Positions 23,707-37,272 of a stretch of DNA of 64,000 bases are shown here, in pieces. A program made the position numbers and the translations under genes. Location of the stretch: the NCBI RefSeq assembly GCF_022045235.1, contig NW_027266343.1:31496001-31560000 (forward strand), read 5' to 3'. Origin of the DNA: Haliotis cracherodii. Taxonomy: Eukaryota. Below the pieces are notes generated by a model that saw nothing but the letters and a program-made list of their open reading frames with translations, ran no database searches and had not been told where the DNA came from. Positions within the stretch are counted from its first letter, which is position 1. The number at the start of each line of letters is the position of its first letter.

Positions 23707-24254
23707 AAGCACATTATGTAGCACACGAGAGTATACATAAATTTGATAGAACCCTGGTTTGAGGTGCGGTCACACATTTAATGCATATATTACAATGACG
23801 TAGAGACTGCATCAGCTATTGCAACCAGAAATACAACACGCCGTCGTGCACGGATGCTGCCTCGCTATGGTGGGATGCTAATTATTAAACGGTGATGAGT
23901 ATGATCGTATTAAAAGGTAACTTGCAGGGAAAACTAAGTATGACCATGCAGAATCCATTTTTCCTTATTATTCCGGTCAGCGAAGTTATGTGCCCTTAGG
24001 GGTATATAGCCAATGCTTGTCTGGCATCTCCTAAATAACAGCGACAAAACCAAAAGCAGAGTCGATTGTACGACTCCGGCAATATCATGAGCATGTGTCT
24101 ATGAATCACTATTACATTGTCATGATGCCAGGTGTTCGCGAAAAGGTGAGCGAATCCTGGCCCATCAGTTGCACCCGTTACAAACACATGCAAAGTCAAG
24201 TCAATTGTTCACCTGACAATAAACATGTCAACAAACAAAAGGAACAAGTCAAAA

Positions 24255-24500
24255 TGGTCTTCAGCAACCCATGCTTGCAGTAAAAGGCGACTATGCTTGG
24301 CGTAAGAGGCGACAAACGGGATCGGGTGGTCAGGCTCGCTGACTTGGTTGATGCATGTCATCGTATCCTAATTACATGGAGCGATGCTCATGATGTCAAT
24401 CACTGGATTGTCTGGTCCAGACTCGATTATTTACAGACCGCCGCTATATAGCTGGAATATTGCTGAGTGTGGCGTTAAACAAAAAAACAAACCAAAACAA
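24255..24500 (+). mobile_element. Family C short retroposon, 5'-truncated
   Basis: Begins ggtcttcagcaacccatgcttg; standard tail. Confidence 0.85.
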
Positions 24501-26075
24501 GTCAAAATAGGTAAACTGCATCGGACACAAAGAAAAAGTCACTTTGCTTGTATAAACAATAATGTTATAACAGGAATATATCATGATCTTAAGTATTTTT
24601 GAAAATCCACAATTTGGATCTTCCCTTCCGGACAACGCATTATGCTCGTTGTTTGTTCAACCCTCTAGGAGTGTACGCGTCTTCCGCGTTTACTCCACCC
24701 CAAGACATCACTGATGTACCACCACGCCCTGATTTCACCACTGACGGCATTATGTGTTTAAAATACCTGGGTGTTAAGTAACGTCGGTATCCACGCCTCT
24801 CACACAAGGGTTTCCCCGGTATTTGCAAAGGTGGCAGCGTCTATGACCCGTGACCGGGATTTACTAAATTTGCACCTATATGGCGGAACGAAAATAAACC
24901 ATTCCAAATGGATACCGGTAGTATTTTCAGAGAGGTTTGTTTAGCAAAATGGTTATGTTTACAGTGAGACGTAATACTGGTAACAAGATACTTTGACGTG
25001 TTTTTCAAACTATTATAAGAAAACACATGGGTATTCGGGCTGTAAGATGCTATTCATTGAGAGTCCTGTCTGCAAACAGAGAGAACACTTTGGCACCGCT
25101 ATGTAAAGCAGTGAGCTTAGTGCACTGGGTTCAAAAGAAGCTACTTACACAGGTACTAAAGGCAGGGCTGCCAGGAATTTGACCAATTTCCTCTTTTTTG
25201 AGTGTTTGTACACGGTTGTATCCGTGCATGCAGGTGTTAGCCACTGTAATAAAGTACTTAGACCACATTAACGTTTCTGAATCGCTGTATCCATTCCCGT
25301 TAGGTATAAATTTGTGGTAATTTTGTGAACAGGTACATCTTGATTATGATGCGTACGGGAAACAGAAACAAATTTGACTATTGTCTGTGTTTTTAGCTGG
25401 AATTTCTGTTTAATAAAAGAAAAGTTGCCGAAAGGTCTGGCGAAAGAATACTTGAGTTGTTTGGCTTCACACAGTGGAGTGTTGCAATGTAAGGTATTAA
25501 TCTAATACAGAGAGGGATATATCGTTACAATCTTGGTGGCGCCTGTATCAACACGAATTGGATATATCCAGTATTCAGGTGTGTGAAGCCCATTTCTGGT
25601 GTCCCCCGCCGTGATATTGCTGGAATATTGCTAAACGCGGCGTAAAACTATACTCACTCACCCCAGTGTTCAGGTAATCGGCGATCAGCTTCTTTATTGG
25701 TTTATTTGCAGAGACGTTATAAGATAGAAATTGATCATTCATAGCGTCGTGAAATCAGTTACTCACTGCGGACATTCAGACATCCATGCTGACATAAGCG
25801 CTGTAAATATCAATCAAGGTTTTCACAAAGACGGACACTTTGTTAACCTGGTTATTAATGTTGTGACAATTTACTTACACTACAGCTGAAAAGAAGATTA
25901 CCCAAGAAGCCTATATAAGGTAGGCACAAGCCACACTTGACTCTAATCGAGGCCTGGTGTACACTTTTGTGTCCTAAGTTAAAGTATTTTACATTTACAT
26001 ACCGTCTATTTAAAACAATTGCTTCTCCCTATAAACCGGTTGGGGATTCCTCGTGGGACAGATCTCTGCCTGTCC

Positions 26076-26562
26076 AGTCTGGGATTCCGAGTAAGGACAT
26101 GTCCCCAGTAACCTACTGTGTATGTGAACCAGTTGAGGATTCCGAGTAAGAATTGGTCCCCAGTAACCTAGTGTGTATGTGAACCAGTTGTGGATTCCGA
26201 GTAGGGATAGGTCCCCAGTAACCTGCGGTGTATGTGAACCAGTTGATGATTCCGAGTAAGGACATGTCCCCAGTAACCTACTGTGTATGTGAACCAGTTG
26301 AGGATTCCGAGTAAGGATAGGTCCCCAGTAACCTACGGTGTATGTGAACCAGTTGATGATTCCGAGTAAGGGTAGGTCCCCAGTAACCTACCGTGTATGT
26401 GAACCAGTTGATGATTCCGAGTAAGGGTAGGTCCCCAGTAACCTGCGGTGTATGTGAACCAGTTGAGGATTGAGGATTCCGAGTAAGGGTAGGTCCCCAG
26501 TAACCTACGGTGTAGGTGAACCAGTTGAGGATTCCGAGTAAGGATAGGTCCCCAGTAACCTA
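26076..26562. repeat. 55-bp minisatellite related to the family C head
   Basis: gtcccc recurs at 26101, 26156, 26211...; about 9 units. Confidence 0.92.
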
Positions 26563-26723
26563 TGTCTGTAAGGATCGGGTCGCACCCCGGCGGCGGAGAA
26601 CGTTGCTCATTCTATCAACCACCAAATTCTCCAGCTTCCGGGTTCGCTTATTTATAACTTATACAGCTGGAGTACTGCTGATTGCGTCGTAAAACAACAG
26701 CCACTCTCACTCTGTATATAGTA

Positions 26724-26899
26724 CAGTAAAGTCCGGTTATAACGAACACGCTTATAACGAACTGACGGATATAACGAACTTACTTTTTTGGTCCCGACTA
26801 TTCTCTGTAGTTATGCTGTATATATGCTTATAACGAACTACGGTTATAACGAACTAAAATTAGGAGTCCCCTTGAGTTCGTTATAACCGTACTTTACTG
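26724..26899. mobile_element. Tc1/mariner-pogo-type MITE
   Basis: TIRs CAGTAAAGT(C/A)CGGTTATAACGAAC, TA on both sides, internal ttataacgaac repeats. Confidence 0.88.
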
Positions 26900-26927
26900 T
26901 AGATGGTATGCAGACACTTACTGATAA

Positions 26928-27190
26928 GACCCGAGAAGATCCGAATAGAATAGGTCTTCAGCAACCCATGCTTGCCGTAAACGGCGACTATGCTTTTCGT
27001 AGGAAACGAATAACGGGATCGGGTGGTCAGGCTCGCCTACTTGGTTGATGCATGTCATCGATCCCAATTGCGTTGTATCAATGGTCATGATATTAATCAC
27101 TGGATTGTCTGATCAAGGCTCGACTATTTACAGACCACCGTCATATAGGTGGAATATTTCTGAGTGCGGCGTTAAACAACAAACCAACTA
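26928..27190 (+). mobile_element. Family C short retroposon, full length
   Basis: 12-bp TSD acttactgataa (26916-26927 / 27191-27202); element starts exactly at GACCCG. Confidence 0.92.
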
Positions 27191-28704
27191 ACTTACTGAT
27201 AAACACGATTTGAATAGTATCGATGGCGTGAAACATATTTCATATTGGTTAGCATGTGACACCAAAGGTACTTATTTATGTTCGGAAAATTGCATCATTC
27301 CTAACGTGAATGTAATCGTGTATGGTTAGTGAACACAATGGCTAAAACGCATGTCTTCACCATATCACCTACACATAAGGCTAACGAAGTCCAAAAACGG
27401 GCACCTGCACCTAGATTACAGTCGTACCATTACACAACAGGTCAGTACTTCAAGGTGATTAATGAAGAAAAGATCAGTATGTCATCACCCAAACGAGATA
27501 ATCACAGGATCTGGATCAGACGTTGCTGTCGTAGCACACGTATACAGTGCTGTCGTGGCTGCTGTCGACTACTTACGTGACTTACTGTAATTAACTGTGG
27601 CCCACCATGTACGCTCCCTGCTTCCGAGACGACAGCACGTCATCCCACAATTGGCATAATAGAACGAATCGCCGCTGAAGCGCTTCAAAGGCATGACAAA
27701 TGTGAGGCACTTAGAAATTGGACATTATGTCTGTTTCGAGTTCTTTTTGTTCTCGATTCTCGCACTATTGATACAGTTCTCGTCGTTATATCTTCAAAGC
27801 AGAGTGTCTGACTAAACATCTGATATTTCATAATTCCGTACATTCGTTGAAGTTGCGGGGAATCACGGCCAACAAAGACAAGATGGACTTATGAAGATTA
27901 ACTAATGACTTTGAACACACTAAGAATGTAATGCTATGCGTTATTCAAACAGACTGGCATGCGTCCATACGACCCTGATAATTGTTTATGTTTTGAATTA
28001 AAACTTAGATTATTAAAGGGACGCGTGCCTTCTTAATTAATACCGTTACCAGTGCGTTTATGTTTGTAAAGAGCTTAATTTTGAAAATCGATGCAAACCT
28101 TTCTGAAGATTATGTCCAGGTTCGAGGCTTTTCGCAGAGCGCGCTAGTTTTGCTTATTGCTCTTGTTATTTGACTCACTCGTGTCAGGAGAAAAGCTTTT
28201 CATCGTTCGCTTTGATCTTGGATAGACTCAACAGGTGCAACCGAAAGGCTTTAAATAAGACGTTGTACAAATCTGTGGAAACCTTGCAGGCTGAAATACC
28301 TGCTTTCCGCAGCTTACGAACATCTAGCGGCGTTGTAGAGAAGATCTCGTCGTCCTTCGGAAGTCACGTGCACGTTGTGCGAGAACAGAAGATAGAATAT
28401 AGACTACAAAATACAAAATACTAACTTTAAGTTGAAAAGCAGTGTTGTGCCAGCAAAAGCCAAAAGAAACATGTCTTTGTCGATTATCCATTGAACAATT
28501 AATTCATTGGCAAAAGAGGTATTTCGACTTTTCCGAAAACACGTCAAATAAAGATTAAGTAAATGATGTGTATTTGTAGACGAGCGACATCACAAGGAAC
28601 ATTCAAGAAGGGACACTGTCACCGATCTCACAAAGCACAGCAAAAAGTGCAAAATTTAGCCAACCCGCGACATTGCGACACATTAATTGTTGTATTGTCA
28701 CCCT

Positions 28705-28869
28705 TGAGTGAGTGAGTTTGGTTTTACGCCGTTTTTAGCCATTGTCCAACAATGTGAGGGCGGGGGACACCAGACATGGGCTTCACACATTATACCCATG
28801 TCGGGAATCGAACCCGGGTCTTCGGCGTGACGAGCGAACGCTTTAACCACTAGGCTACCCCACCGCCCT
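28705..28869 (-). mobile_element. SINE family A
   Basis: Reverse complement of the family A consensus. Confidence 0.9.
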
Positions 28870-29289
28870 GTCGCGCTTAAAGAAATATTTTTGTTTTTTT
28901 CCAAAAAGTGACAATGCAACATAATGAATCGGAATTCGATGTTGTCCTATACACACGCCTGTTTTTCGAATTTTACTGTAAACTACGATTTTCCGAACTG
29001 ACGGACATAATGAAATGTTTTTTTTTTGCCCCGGCCATTGAGAGAGAGAGGCTACAGGCTACACTGGCACTTATGAAGGAGAAAGTATGTTTACACAGTA
29101 AACAGCTGTACGTATATGTGTACGTTAACAGTCAGCCTTTTCTGACATGGCGGAGTGATACGCTGAAAGTCGGTCAGTGTAGGAATTACCGGTTATACGG
29201 TGTTACACCAAAAGACGTTAAAGATGGTACTTGTTGTTTCCCTGCCTGGCGCTTGGCATTAAAGTGATAAAGCAAGGACTGTCGGATGG

Positions 29290-29520
29290 GGTGAATTTCC
29301 ATTTACGTCGAACAATATTCCGACAGTTCCATGCCCTGGAATCTACATTTCACAACTATTGAGGTCCGGTCGAACATGCTCTTCTACCAAGATATCAAAG
29401 AGAGTCATACGCCTCTAGCTCAGAGGTTGTTTGATCAAGGTTACAACATTCAAGGCCAAAGCTTTCAAAATGTGTTATGGTAGATATGTGGAGGACATTT
29501 CCAAATTTGACGCATTAGTG
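29290..29520 (+). pseudogene. Penelope-like retroelement RT C-terminal relic, between two pieces of a family B SINE
   Basis: Frameshifted NNIPTVPCPGIYISQLLRSGRTCS...LAQRLFDQGY resembles the SNIP..AYGVYISQL.RYAR.CS...QGY motif of Penelope-like RTs. Confidence 0.6.
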
Positions 29521-30459
29521 ATAGTCCAAGCAGACAGACGTGTATAAGTCGCTATGTAAGTGATATAATCTTTAATGCGATGTTAAACACAATTTCACCT
29601 GACCTCACCTTATATTGGCGACAGCGGCGTAAAAGACGCCCCTGCTGAGTGAGTGAGTTATCCTACAACACATCGAACATTGGCTTGGCAAATAACTGAT
29701 TGATGGTATGCACTACCACCCTCGCTATCATGGTAAGATGACAAGAGAAACATAACACTGAAGCGAATGAGATTCGAACCCATGGCAGCTACACTGAAGC
29801 TAAGGGAAGCAACTCCGCACATCGAGTCGCAGCGCCATAGACTCCTAGTCCACACATGCCCCTGGTGCACGCATTGTTATTAGCTTTGAATCCGTTCATT
29901 TGCCTTAACACAAGAACTATTACCATATGTATATATTTCCTCCGCCGCGTCTTCAACTAGGTAGAAAATTGCATTGGTAAAGGGAGCAATTGAGGCTATA
30001 ACCTCAGCATTACCTTTGAATCAGATTGTTCTCTGTCCTTGGTTGTATCGACTTGCTGAGAGACGTCTATTTTAGCAATGTCTGAGTTTCCCCGAGATAA
30101 AACAATGATGAATGGCGGACTCAATCAGGCGTGTAATTATAGTTTTTCTGTCAAGGGAAGAGAAGAGGCCCCGGACACAGAGTAAGCTTCACTTGACCGG
30201 ACAAAGACAACAATTTCCTTATCAACCCAACATTTGCTTAAATGGTTAACCACGTTTATTCCGTGGAAATCGGAACACTGTGGGCCTAAGTGCATTAACT
30301 ACACTATGTCAAGTTAATATCATTACTTCCGGCCACTAATAATACGTCATAAAGGAGGCAAGTAATCATGTAATTGGACTGGAAAACCTCTACGATTGTA
30401 TGGAACTGTCGAAACCCTTAACGGCCCATGTAGTCGTCAAGTGGTACGTTTATGTTATC

Positions 30460-31245
30460 AGCTTGAGATACGCCTTGAATTAGCTTCCGAAGGATAACAA
30501 ATAGTTTTGTCACATTAGCTTAAGCTTCAGGAGGATAACAAGTAGTTTTTACATCATCTGCTTGAGATACGACCAGAGTAAGCTTCAGAAGGTTAGCAAG
30601 TAGAATTTTACACCATAAGTTGAGATGCGACCAGAGTAAGCTTCAGGAGATTAGCTAGTAGTTTTTTACACCATAAGTTGAGATGCGACCAGAGTAAGCT
30701 TCAGAAGGTTAGCAAGCAGAATTTTACACCATAAGTTGAGATACGACCAGAGTAAGCTTCAGAAGGTTAGCAAGTAGTTTTTTACACCATAAGTTGAGAT
30801 GGGACCAGAGTAAGCTTCAGAAGGTTAGCAAGTAGTTTTTTACACCATAAGTTGAGATGCGACCAGAGTAAGCTTCAGAAGGTTAGCAAGTAGAATTTTA
30901 CACCATAAGTTGAGATGCGACCAGAGTAAGCTTCAGAAGGTTAGCAAGTAGTTTTTTACACCACAAGTTGAGATGGGACCAGAGTAAGCTTCAGAAGGTT
31001 AGCAAGTAGAATTTTACATCATAAGTTGAGATACGACCAGAGTAAGCTTCAGAAGGTTAGCAAGTAGAATTTTACATCATAAGTTTAGATACGACCAGAG
31101 TAAGCTTCAGAAGGTTAGCAAGTAGAATTTTACATCATAAGTTTAGATACGACCAGAGTAAGATTCAGAAGGATAACAAGTAGTTTTTTACACAATCAGT
31201 TTGAGATACGACTACTGATATCTTCAGAAGGATAACAAGTAATTT
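30460..31245. repeat. 58-bp minisatellite (ttgagatgcgaccagagtaagcttcagaaggttagcaagtagaattttacaccataag)
   Basis: Period 58 (30620, 30678...); about 13 units. Confidence 0.95.
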
Positions 31246-31603
31246 TAACTAATAACCTGCGTTTAAGAGGAAATAAAATTATTTGTACACCATCAGCAAT
31301 ATAGACTTATTTGCACACAATGGGTGTCATATAACCTCACTGCCAGGCAAAAACATATACACCCATGTTTGCTTGTGGCTTAAACTAAACCAACCAGAAA
31401 TGGTTGATATATTTGATAAGGGCATGATAGTTGTGTTTTGAACCTGAAGTCTGAAGTGTTTCGGAGACTGTTTTCACCCTAGTAACGTTTTGATAACGTT
31501 TGTAAGATTTTGGTAAAATCTAATTTTCTAGTGTATACAGTCTTTTGCCCGGCAATACATAAGTAGATTAACATCTTTATTGTGATAAACGTCTATAACG
31601 TAA

Positions 31604-31741
31604 GTGAGTGAGTGAGTTTGATTTTATGCCGCTTTTAGCAATATTCCAGCAATATCACGGCGAGGGACACCAGAAACGGGCTTCACACATTGTACCCATG
31701 TCGGGAATCGAATCCGGGTCTACGGCGTGACGAGCGAACGT
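31604..31741 (-). mobile_element. SINE family A, 5'-truncated
   Basis: Matches the consensus from the tail to the tRNA region. Confidence 0.85.
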
Positions 31742-33039
31742 TAAGAAGGATTAGTATAGGATATTAAACGAGCTTCCGATTTGATATCAAATTTACGTCC
31801 TGAGTGAAATGAATATTACTTGAAAGATGATTTCACTCGCGACATAAACTTGACATGAAACGCGAACGAGTTTTGCACCCTGTGTATTACCAACGGTGAG
31901 TTTAATCAATTATTAAGAAAATAGCGTCATGTCCTTTTTTATTTAACAAATTTTCACAAGGAGCGTTTTGTTCAACCCCTCCAACCAATTGTCAACATCT
32001 ACATTCATGCAGAGTATTGGCTGCGAAACCGAATGTAAAATCAATACATTTTTATATAAATATATTTAGATGATGCTTTCTACTTATCTCTTATGGCAAG
32101 AACAGTTTACCAAGTTTGATGTTTGGCAGTCGCTTGGTGCTATGCTGTTATCAAGTTGTCCTTGCGCGAGTGCTGGGTTTAGAGAGTAGAAGTAACCGCA
32201 ACATCAGCAGCATTGTCCTGAAGAGAGCCAGATGCTACATTTCTGGTAACTTCAAGATTATATAATGCTACTTTTTTTAAAGAACAATTAAAGTTCTTTT
32301 AGCAAAAGTATTTAGACAGTAAACTCTTAATAATCTTACAATTGGTGCTCTCTCACAATGACATTGGTAGTGATGATTAAATTAAGAATCAAATGTTACT
32401 TTGATTTAATTTCGGTAAAACATATATTATCGACGGGCGCGTTAAACATTTGTATACCTTTAGAGATGAATTCCAAAATGGACGCTCTTCAAAGAAACTT
32501 TGTACTGCATGACACAGTAGATATTCTGTCAATCGAAAAACGAGAGAAAGAATGTCTCCAACATGAAGTTATCACACATGGAACAATGGAACATGATCAT
32601 GACCAACACTTTGAACAAGTTTGTGTTTCCGTCGCTGCCACGCTGGTTAGTAAGTCAACCTCACTGTGCGTTCATTGAGCGCGCTAGTTTGAACTATCAT
32701 AACAAGAACTTGTGATTAAAAAGTAACAAAGCAAATTCAGGAAAAAGTCATAATCGTGGACGGCAAAAGCGGGTTTAGGTTTTAACACATAATGGGTCTC
32801 ATCGCGGTTGATCAGCCAGCGTGTGCGACGTTTCACCAAGCACAATTGTTCCACATGTTGCCATATGCGGAGATGTGTAAGATTCAGCTGTTGTGTTAGA
32901 TAGGCCGGCCCACCCAGCTGACTGGAATGTCATACATGATAGATCAAATGTAATTCAGTTGGTATCGCAACCTCATCAGCATCGGGAAGAAAATACCTTT
33001 TAACTCCATTTAATAAATATTTCAGAGTTTTAAAGGTGT

Positions 33040-33290
33040 GGTGAGGTGAGGTGAAATTGGGTTTAACGTCGCGTCCAAGATTATTGCGCTTATATAGCGA
33101 CGTGCATGCACGTGTGTGTGTGTGGCTGCTTGTACTAGTCCGGACTGATGCCGATTTATTGTGCTAGCCCACTGAGATACCATGCCGCAGTTTAACATGA
33201 ATACCCCACTCAGACACAGTATACTGACTCCGAGCCGACCAGTTCTTGTTTTAGCCCCTTAATGCCGAGCGCCAGACAGGGTAACCCAGG
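33040..33290 (-). mobile_element. SINE family B, 5'-truncated
   Basis: Tail and central domain present, head absent. Confidence 0.85.
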
Positions 33291-33327
33291 CACCCTTAGT
33301 ACTCCTCAAATCTGCTAATGGTATGTC

Positions 33328-33587
33328 GACCCGTGAAGACCCGGGGTAGAATAGGTCTTCAGCAACCCATGCTTGCCGTAAAAGGCGACTATTCTTGTCG
33401 TAAAAGGCGACTAACGGGTGGTCAGGCTCGCTGACTTGGTTGATGCATGTTATCGATCCCAACTGCGTGGATCGATGCTCATGATATCTACCACTGGATT
33501 GTCTGGTCCGTCTCGATTATTTACAGAACGCCGTCATATAGCTGAAATATTGCTGAGTGCGGCATAAAACAACAAACCAACCAACCA
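33328..33587 (+). mobile_element. Family C short retroposon, full length
   Basis: Starts GACCCGTGAAGACC; TSD t(g/a)gtatgtc. Confidence 0.9.
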
Positions 33588-35682
33588 TAGTATGTCAATA
33601 TTCGTCAATATTTAGTTTTTGTACATGCATTTTCAAAAGCCTGGTTTATGTATTCTTTGTTCGACCATATTCCAAGTCGATCAGACAGCAGGTAATTTTA
33701 GAAATATCATTTATGTATCTCGACTTGCAACATTTTATATGAAACATGTACTTAATTTATAATATAAGTATCTCTAAGAGTACTTCATGTTTGTAATCAA
33801 ACTTATGAATGAGGGAATCCAAAGTAGTAACTAGAAAGGTCAAATGTCGCATATCAACGTGACAACCAATCAAATTCCATGGAAGTATAATGGCACACAT
33901 GTTCGATAACAGTTTGTTATGGTGGCTGTTTACGTAGTACCACGTGGGTAATAAAAATTGTTTTACACCATCGGCTTGAGATATACACAGTTATGCTGAG
34001 ATGGCTGAAGTCATACTTTGTACAATCACCGTGTGAAATCTCTGGTGTTATATATGTAGTTTTACACCGTCAGCGTCCAATACGTTTATTGTCAGTTCGT
34101 CTTGTCTGCCCACAACAAATGTCAAGGACGTGGTGGTCAATAGTTGCTTGGCTTTCATTGGTTTATGTCCTGGAGAAAGAGAAGTACTGCCATATGAAAC
34201 CGAAGTCTCCATGGACAGTGGTTGATAAGCTTGGACCATCGCTTCTCTCTAACCACAACCAGACAGACGCCATTATTTACCAGACCACCTGACAGATAAG
34301 TTTGGAAGATTTTCATTACCGACCTCTCTTGCAAATCGAAGCCGTGCACTTGAGATCTGATTGACATCGTCCTGCTGCCTTCCGCCGTTGCCTGTGCAAA
34401 TTGCATGTTTTTGTCGCACCCTCTCGTCAAAGCCTTCTTCTCAATTCTAACAAGAACCTTTCTCACGAATAACCCGGCAAGGCATCAAGTCCCGGGTAAT
34501 TTGTTATCAAGTCGCCTGTAATTCAACAAGTTCATTTATGGTAACGTGGCCCAATTTTGTTTATATGACCGAAATCTCTTTGGTAGGGAAGGGGGTGTTA
34601 TTGCACCATGCGCTCTCTGACTGGACAAGGGTTACCTCCCTTTGTACAATCACGCTCGAGACTTTGCGAGGAATGACGACAACTGGCGAGACGAGTACCT
34701 TGTTAGACATTACCAGAAATAACTCGCAAATCCTACTAAAAAGACTCTCCGAACTGTCCGGTGTTGGAATCGATGTTCGAAAATGAATATAGAATACAAT
34801 TATGATCGAACGCCTATTAGTACGGACTTAGTTTGCGCTTTCTGACGAGAAGGATAAATGCTTAAATTGTAATAGTTATTTGGCCACCTGCACTCGAGAT
34901 ATTGGGCTAGGAGGAATTATCAGCCGAACAAACATGCTTTCATTATGACCCCAGGGTCCTGGGGTCCACTTACCTATTTCTTTATGTGATTTGAAAGCAC
35001 TCGAACGCACTTGTCAGTCGGACCAACTCGGCTTAATCCGCTACCTGTCGGGTCAGTTCGGTTTATTCCGCCACTTACATGATACCTCGGGCAGTAGTGG
35101 TGTTACATGATTTCATTGTAAACTGTATAGCGATAGATCACAACATTTGTGTAAAATGATGCCCGGACCTGGATTGCTGACTTTGCTGACCCACGCGACT
35201 GGGACGAGTCGATTGGCGTGTCTTGCACGTTTTCTCGCAGCTGATTGGCTAAAATTGCCGTTGCCAGCTCAGTGAAGCATTAGGCCTTACCATGTACATT
35301 TCTCTACACTCAGACTTCTGTGTTAGTTTTACGGACGTAATTGGACCCTTTAAAGAAATATATTGTCCCCTTAAGAACCATGTATTCGTCAATTTAACTT
35401 CATGCGAATCTTAGTTTACTCGAGACCATTGTCTGGGTATTAGCTAGATTCGTTGTATGGTGTCGAATAAGGCGCTGCGATTCGCTGTGCAGATGTCACC
35501 GTCAGCTTTTACCATGGTCAGCTTGTCGCAAGTTTGAATCCCATATTTATCCCAAACATTTCGATTTGCTGGCACCATCCTTGTGCCCTTGCTCACGATA
35601 TAGTCGGAATTATTCAATGGACTTTGCTTTTAGTAGATATTTGTTATGATTATGGAAAGGGTTTTGTAATTATTAATATTTT

Positions 35683-35714
<32 letters not shown>

Positions 35715-35798
35715 GAATGTGTCTTATTTATTCAAAGGGACAAGGCGTCCAGGGCTTTCCTAAGCTGACATAGTATGATGTAACTATAATGCTGCTGA

Positions 35799-35960
35799 GG
35801 GCGGTCGGGTAGCCTAGTGGTTAAAGCGTTCGCTCGTCACGCCGAAGACCCGGGTTCGATTCCCGACATGGGTACATTGTGTGAAGCCCATTTCTGGTGT
35901 CCCCCGCCGTGATATTGCTGGATTATTGCTAAAGCGGCGTAAAACCATACTCACTCACTC
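35799..35960 (+). mobile_element. SINE family A, young copy
   Basis: Perfect 16-bp TSD actataatgctgctga (35783-35798 / 35961-35976). Confidence 0.95.
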
Positions 35961-36017
35961 ACTATAATGCTGCTGAAAGTTGCGTAAAATCAAATAACAA
36001 CCTACATTTGACAATCG

Positions 36018-36383
36018 AGGTGACGTGAGATGAAGTAGGGTTTAACGTCGCGTTCAAGATTTTTGCTTTTACAGGTATATAGGGACGTACATGTGTGTGT
36101 TTGTGTAGGTGGCTTTGTGGATCCTTGTACAAGTCCGGACTGATGTCGATTTTATAGTGCTAGCCCAATGAGATACCATGCCGCAGTTTAACATGAAGAT
36201 CCCACTCAGACACAGTATCTCCGAGCTGACCAGTTATTGCTTTAGCCCCGTAATGCCGAACGCCAGACATGGTAACAACAAGTACCATCTTTTAACGTCT
36301 TTTGGTATGACGCGGCCGGGGATCGAACCTCGGACCTTCCGCTCTCCGGGCGGAAGCTCTACCACTAGACCACGGTGGCGGTC
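36018..36383 (-). mobile_element. SINE family B
   Basis: Colinear with the family B consensus. Confidence 0.88.
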
Positions 36384-37272
36384 TTTGACATACAACGAAA
36401 TGTTATTACGAAGATAAAAATCAAACATTACAAGTAAAAATAACAAACCAACATAATGCATATAATGTTACTAAGTTCATACCGCCAAGAAAATATTCAT
36501 TAATATCATAGGTGATAGCAAGGAGGCGTAATTACCCGCGTTATGATGCTACATTTGACACAGACAGTCCGTGTGTGATTCTTGAAGTAGGGACCATTAA
36601 GCACAAACTAAACGATATATATATATGTGTGTGTGAGTAAGTACGTCTTAGCACTGTGATTCATCGTTTACGTCAATCAGCTGAAGGTCAAGGGGACATT
36701 TGTCACAATCTCGCCAAACGTAAGATATTGACATTTAACAATTCATTTATTCAACACAGGGAACACATTCCAGCAAAAAACTATGAGTGACAAATCCGAA
36801 GATGCAGCCCCCGACGGGTAATACCACGGTGACGGGCATCGCATGAAGGCAGCAGTCAAAGCAGGGAACATGCCATTGCATGGACGTCAGAGTAGACAAG
36901 CAATATCGACTCGAGGCAAATCACTGCTTTGAACATATATGTATTGACATCGGAAGTCATAAGCAACACACTTTTTATACGTTTCTTTGATAGGTAATTA
37001 TCTTTAATCACGAGCACTCATATTGAAAGCTACATATTTTAAGCTTAAAGCAATATACAGCGTGTCTGGAAATGATAAAACGGAGCCAAGGACTACAGTG
37101 TAAAACATGACACTGCGGTTTTCAATTACAATAAGAAGTCCCTAATCTTTCCATGAATTTCAATGAGGAAAATATCGACCAATGAATCTCTTATCACATG
37201 AAATCCCTCCACAAACGTTTTGATGACAGATGTAAAAATCATTTTCTGAGAGTTAATTTAGATTGGAAATGA

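Noticed and set aside
30460-31245. Regular arrays considered as CRISPR-like (also 4100-4990, 21966-22252, 26076-26562)
   Set aside because: No unique spacers, eukaryotic context, no cas genes; they are minisatellites.
31755-31875. Imperfect palindrome around gagtgaaat/atttcactc
   Set aside because: Probably a decayed non-autonomous DNA element; too degenerate to classify.
33328-33425. Family C head as an HDV-like ribozyme
   Set aside because: It has a hairpin followed by ACUAA, but I could not build the nested P1/P3/P1.1 order. Kept only as an unclassified structure.
35799-35875. tRNA-like sequences with A/B boxes
   Set aside because: SINE heads: no proper acceptor stem, followed by a SINE body and tail, with TSDs.
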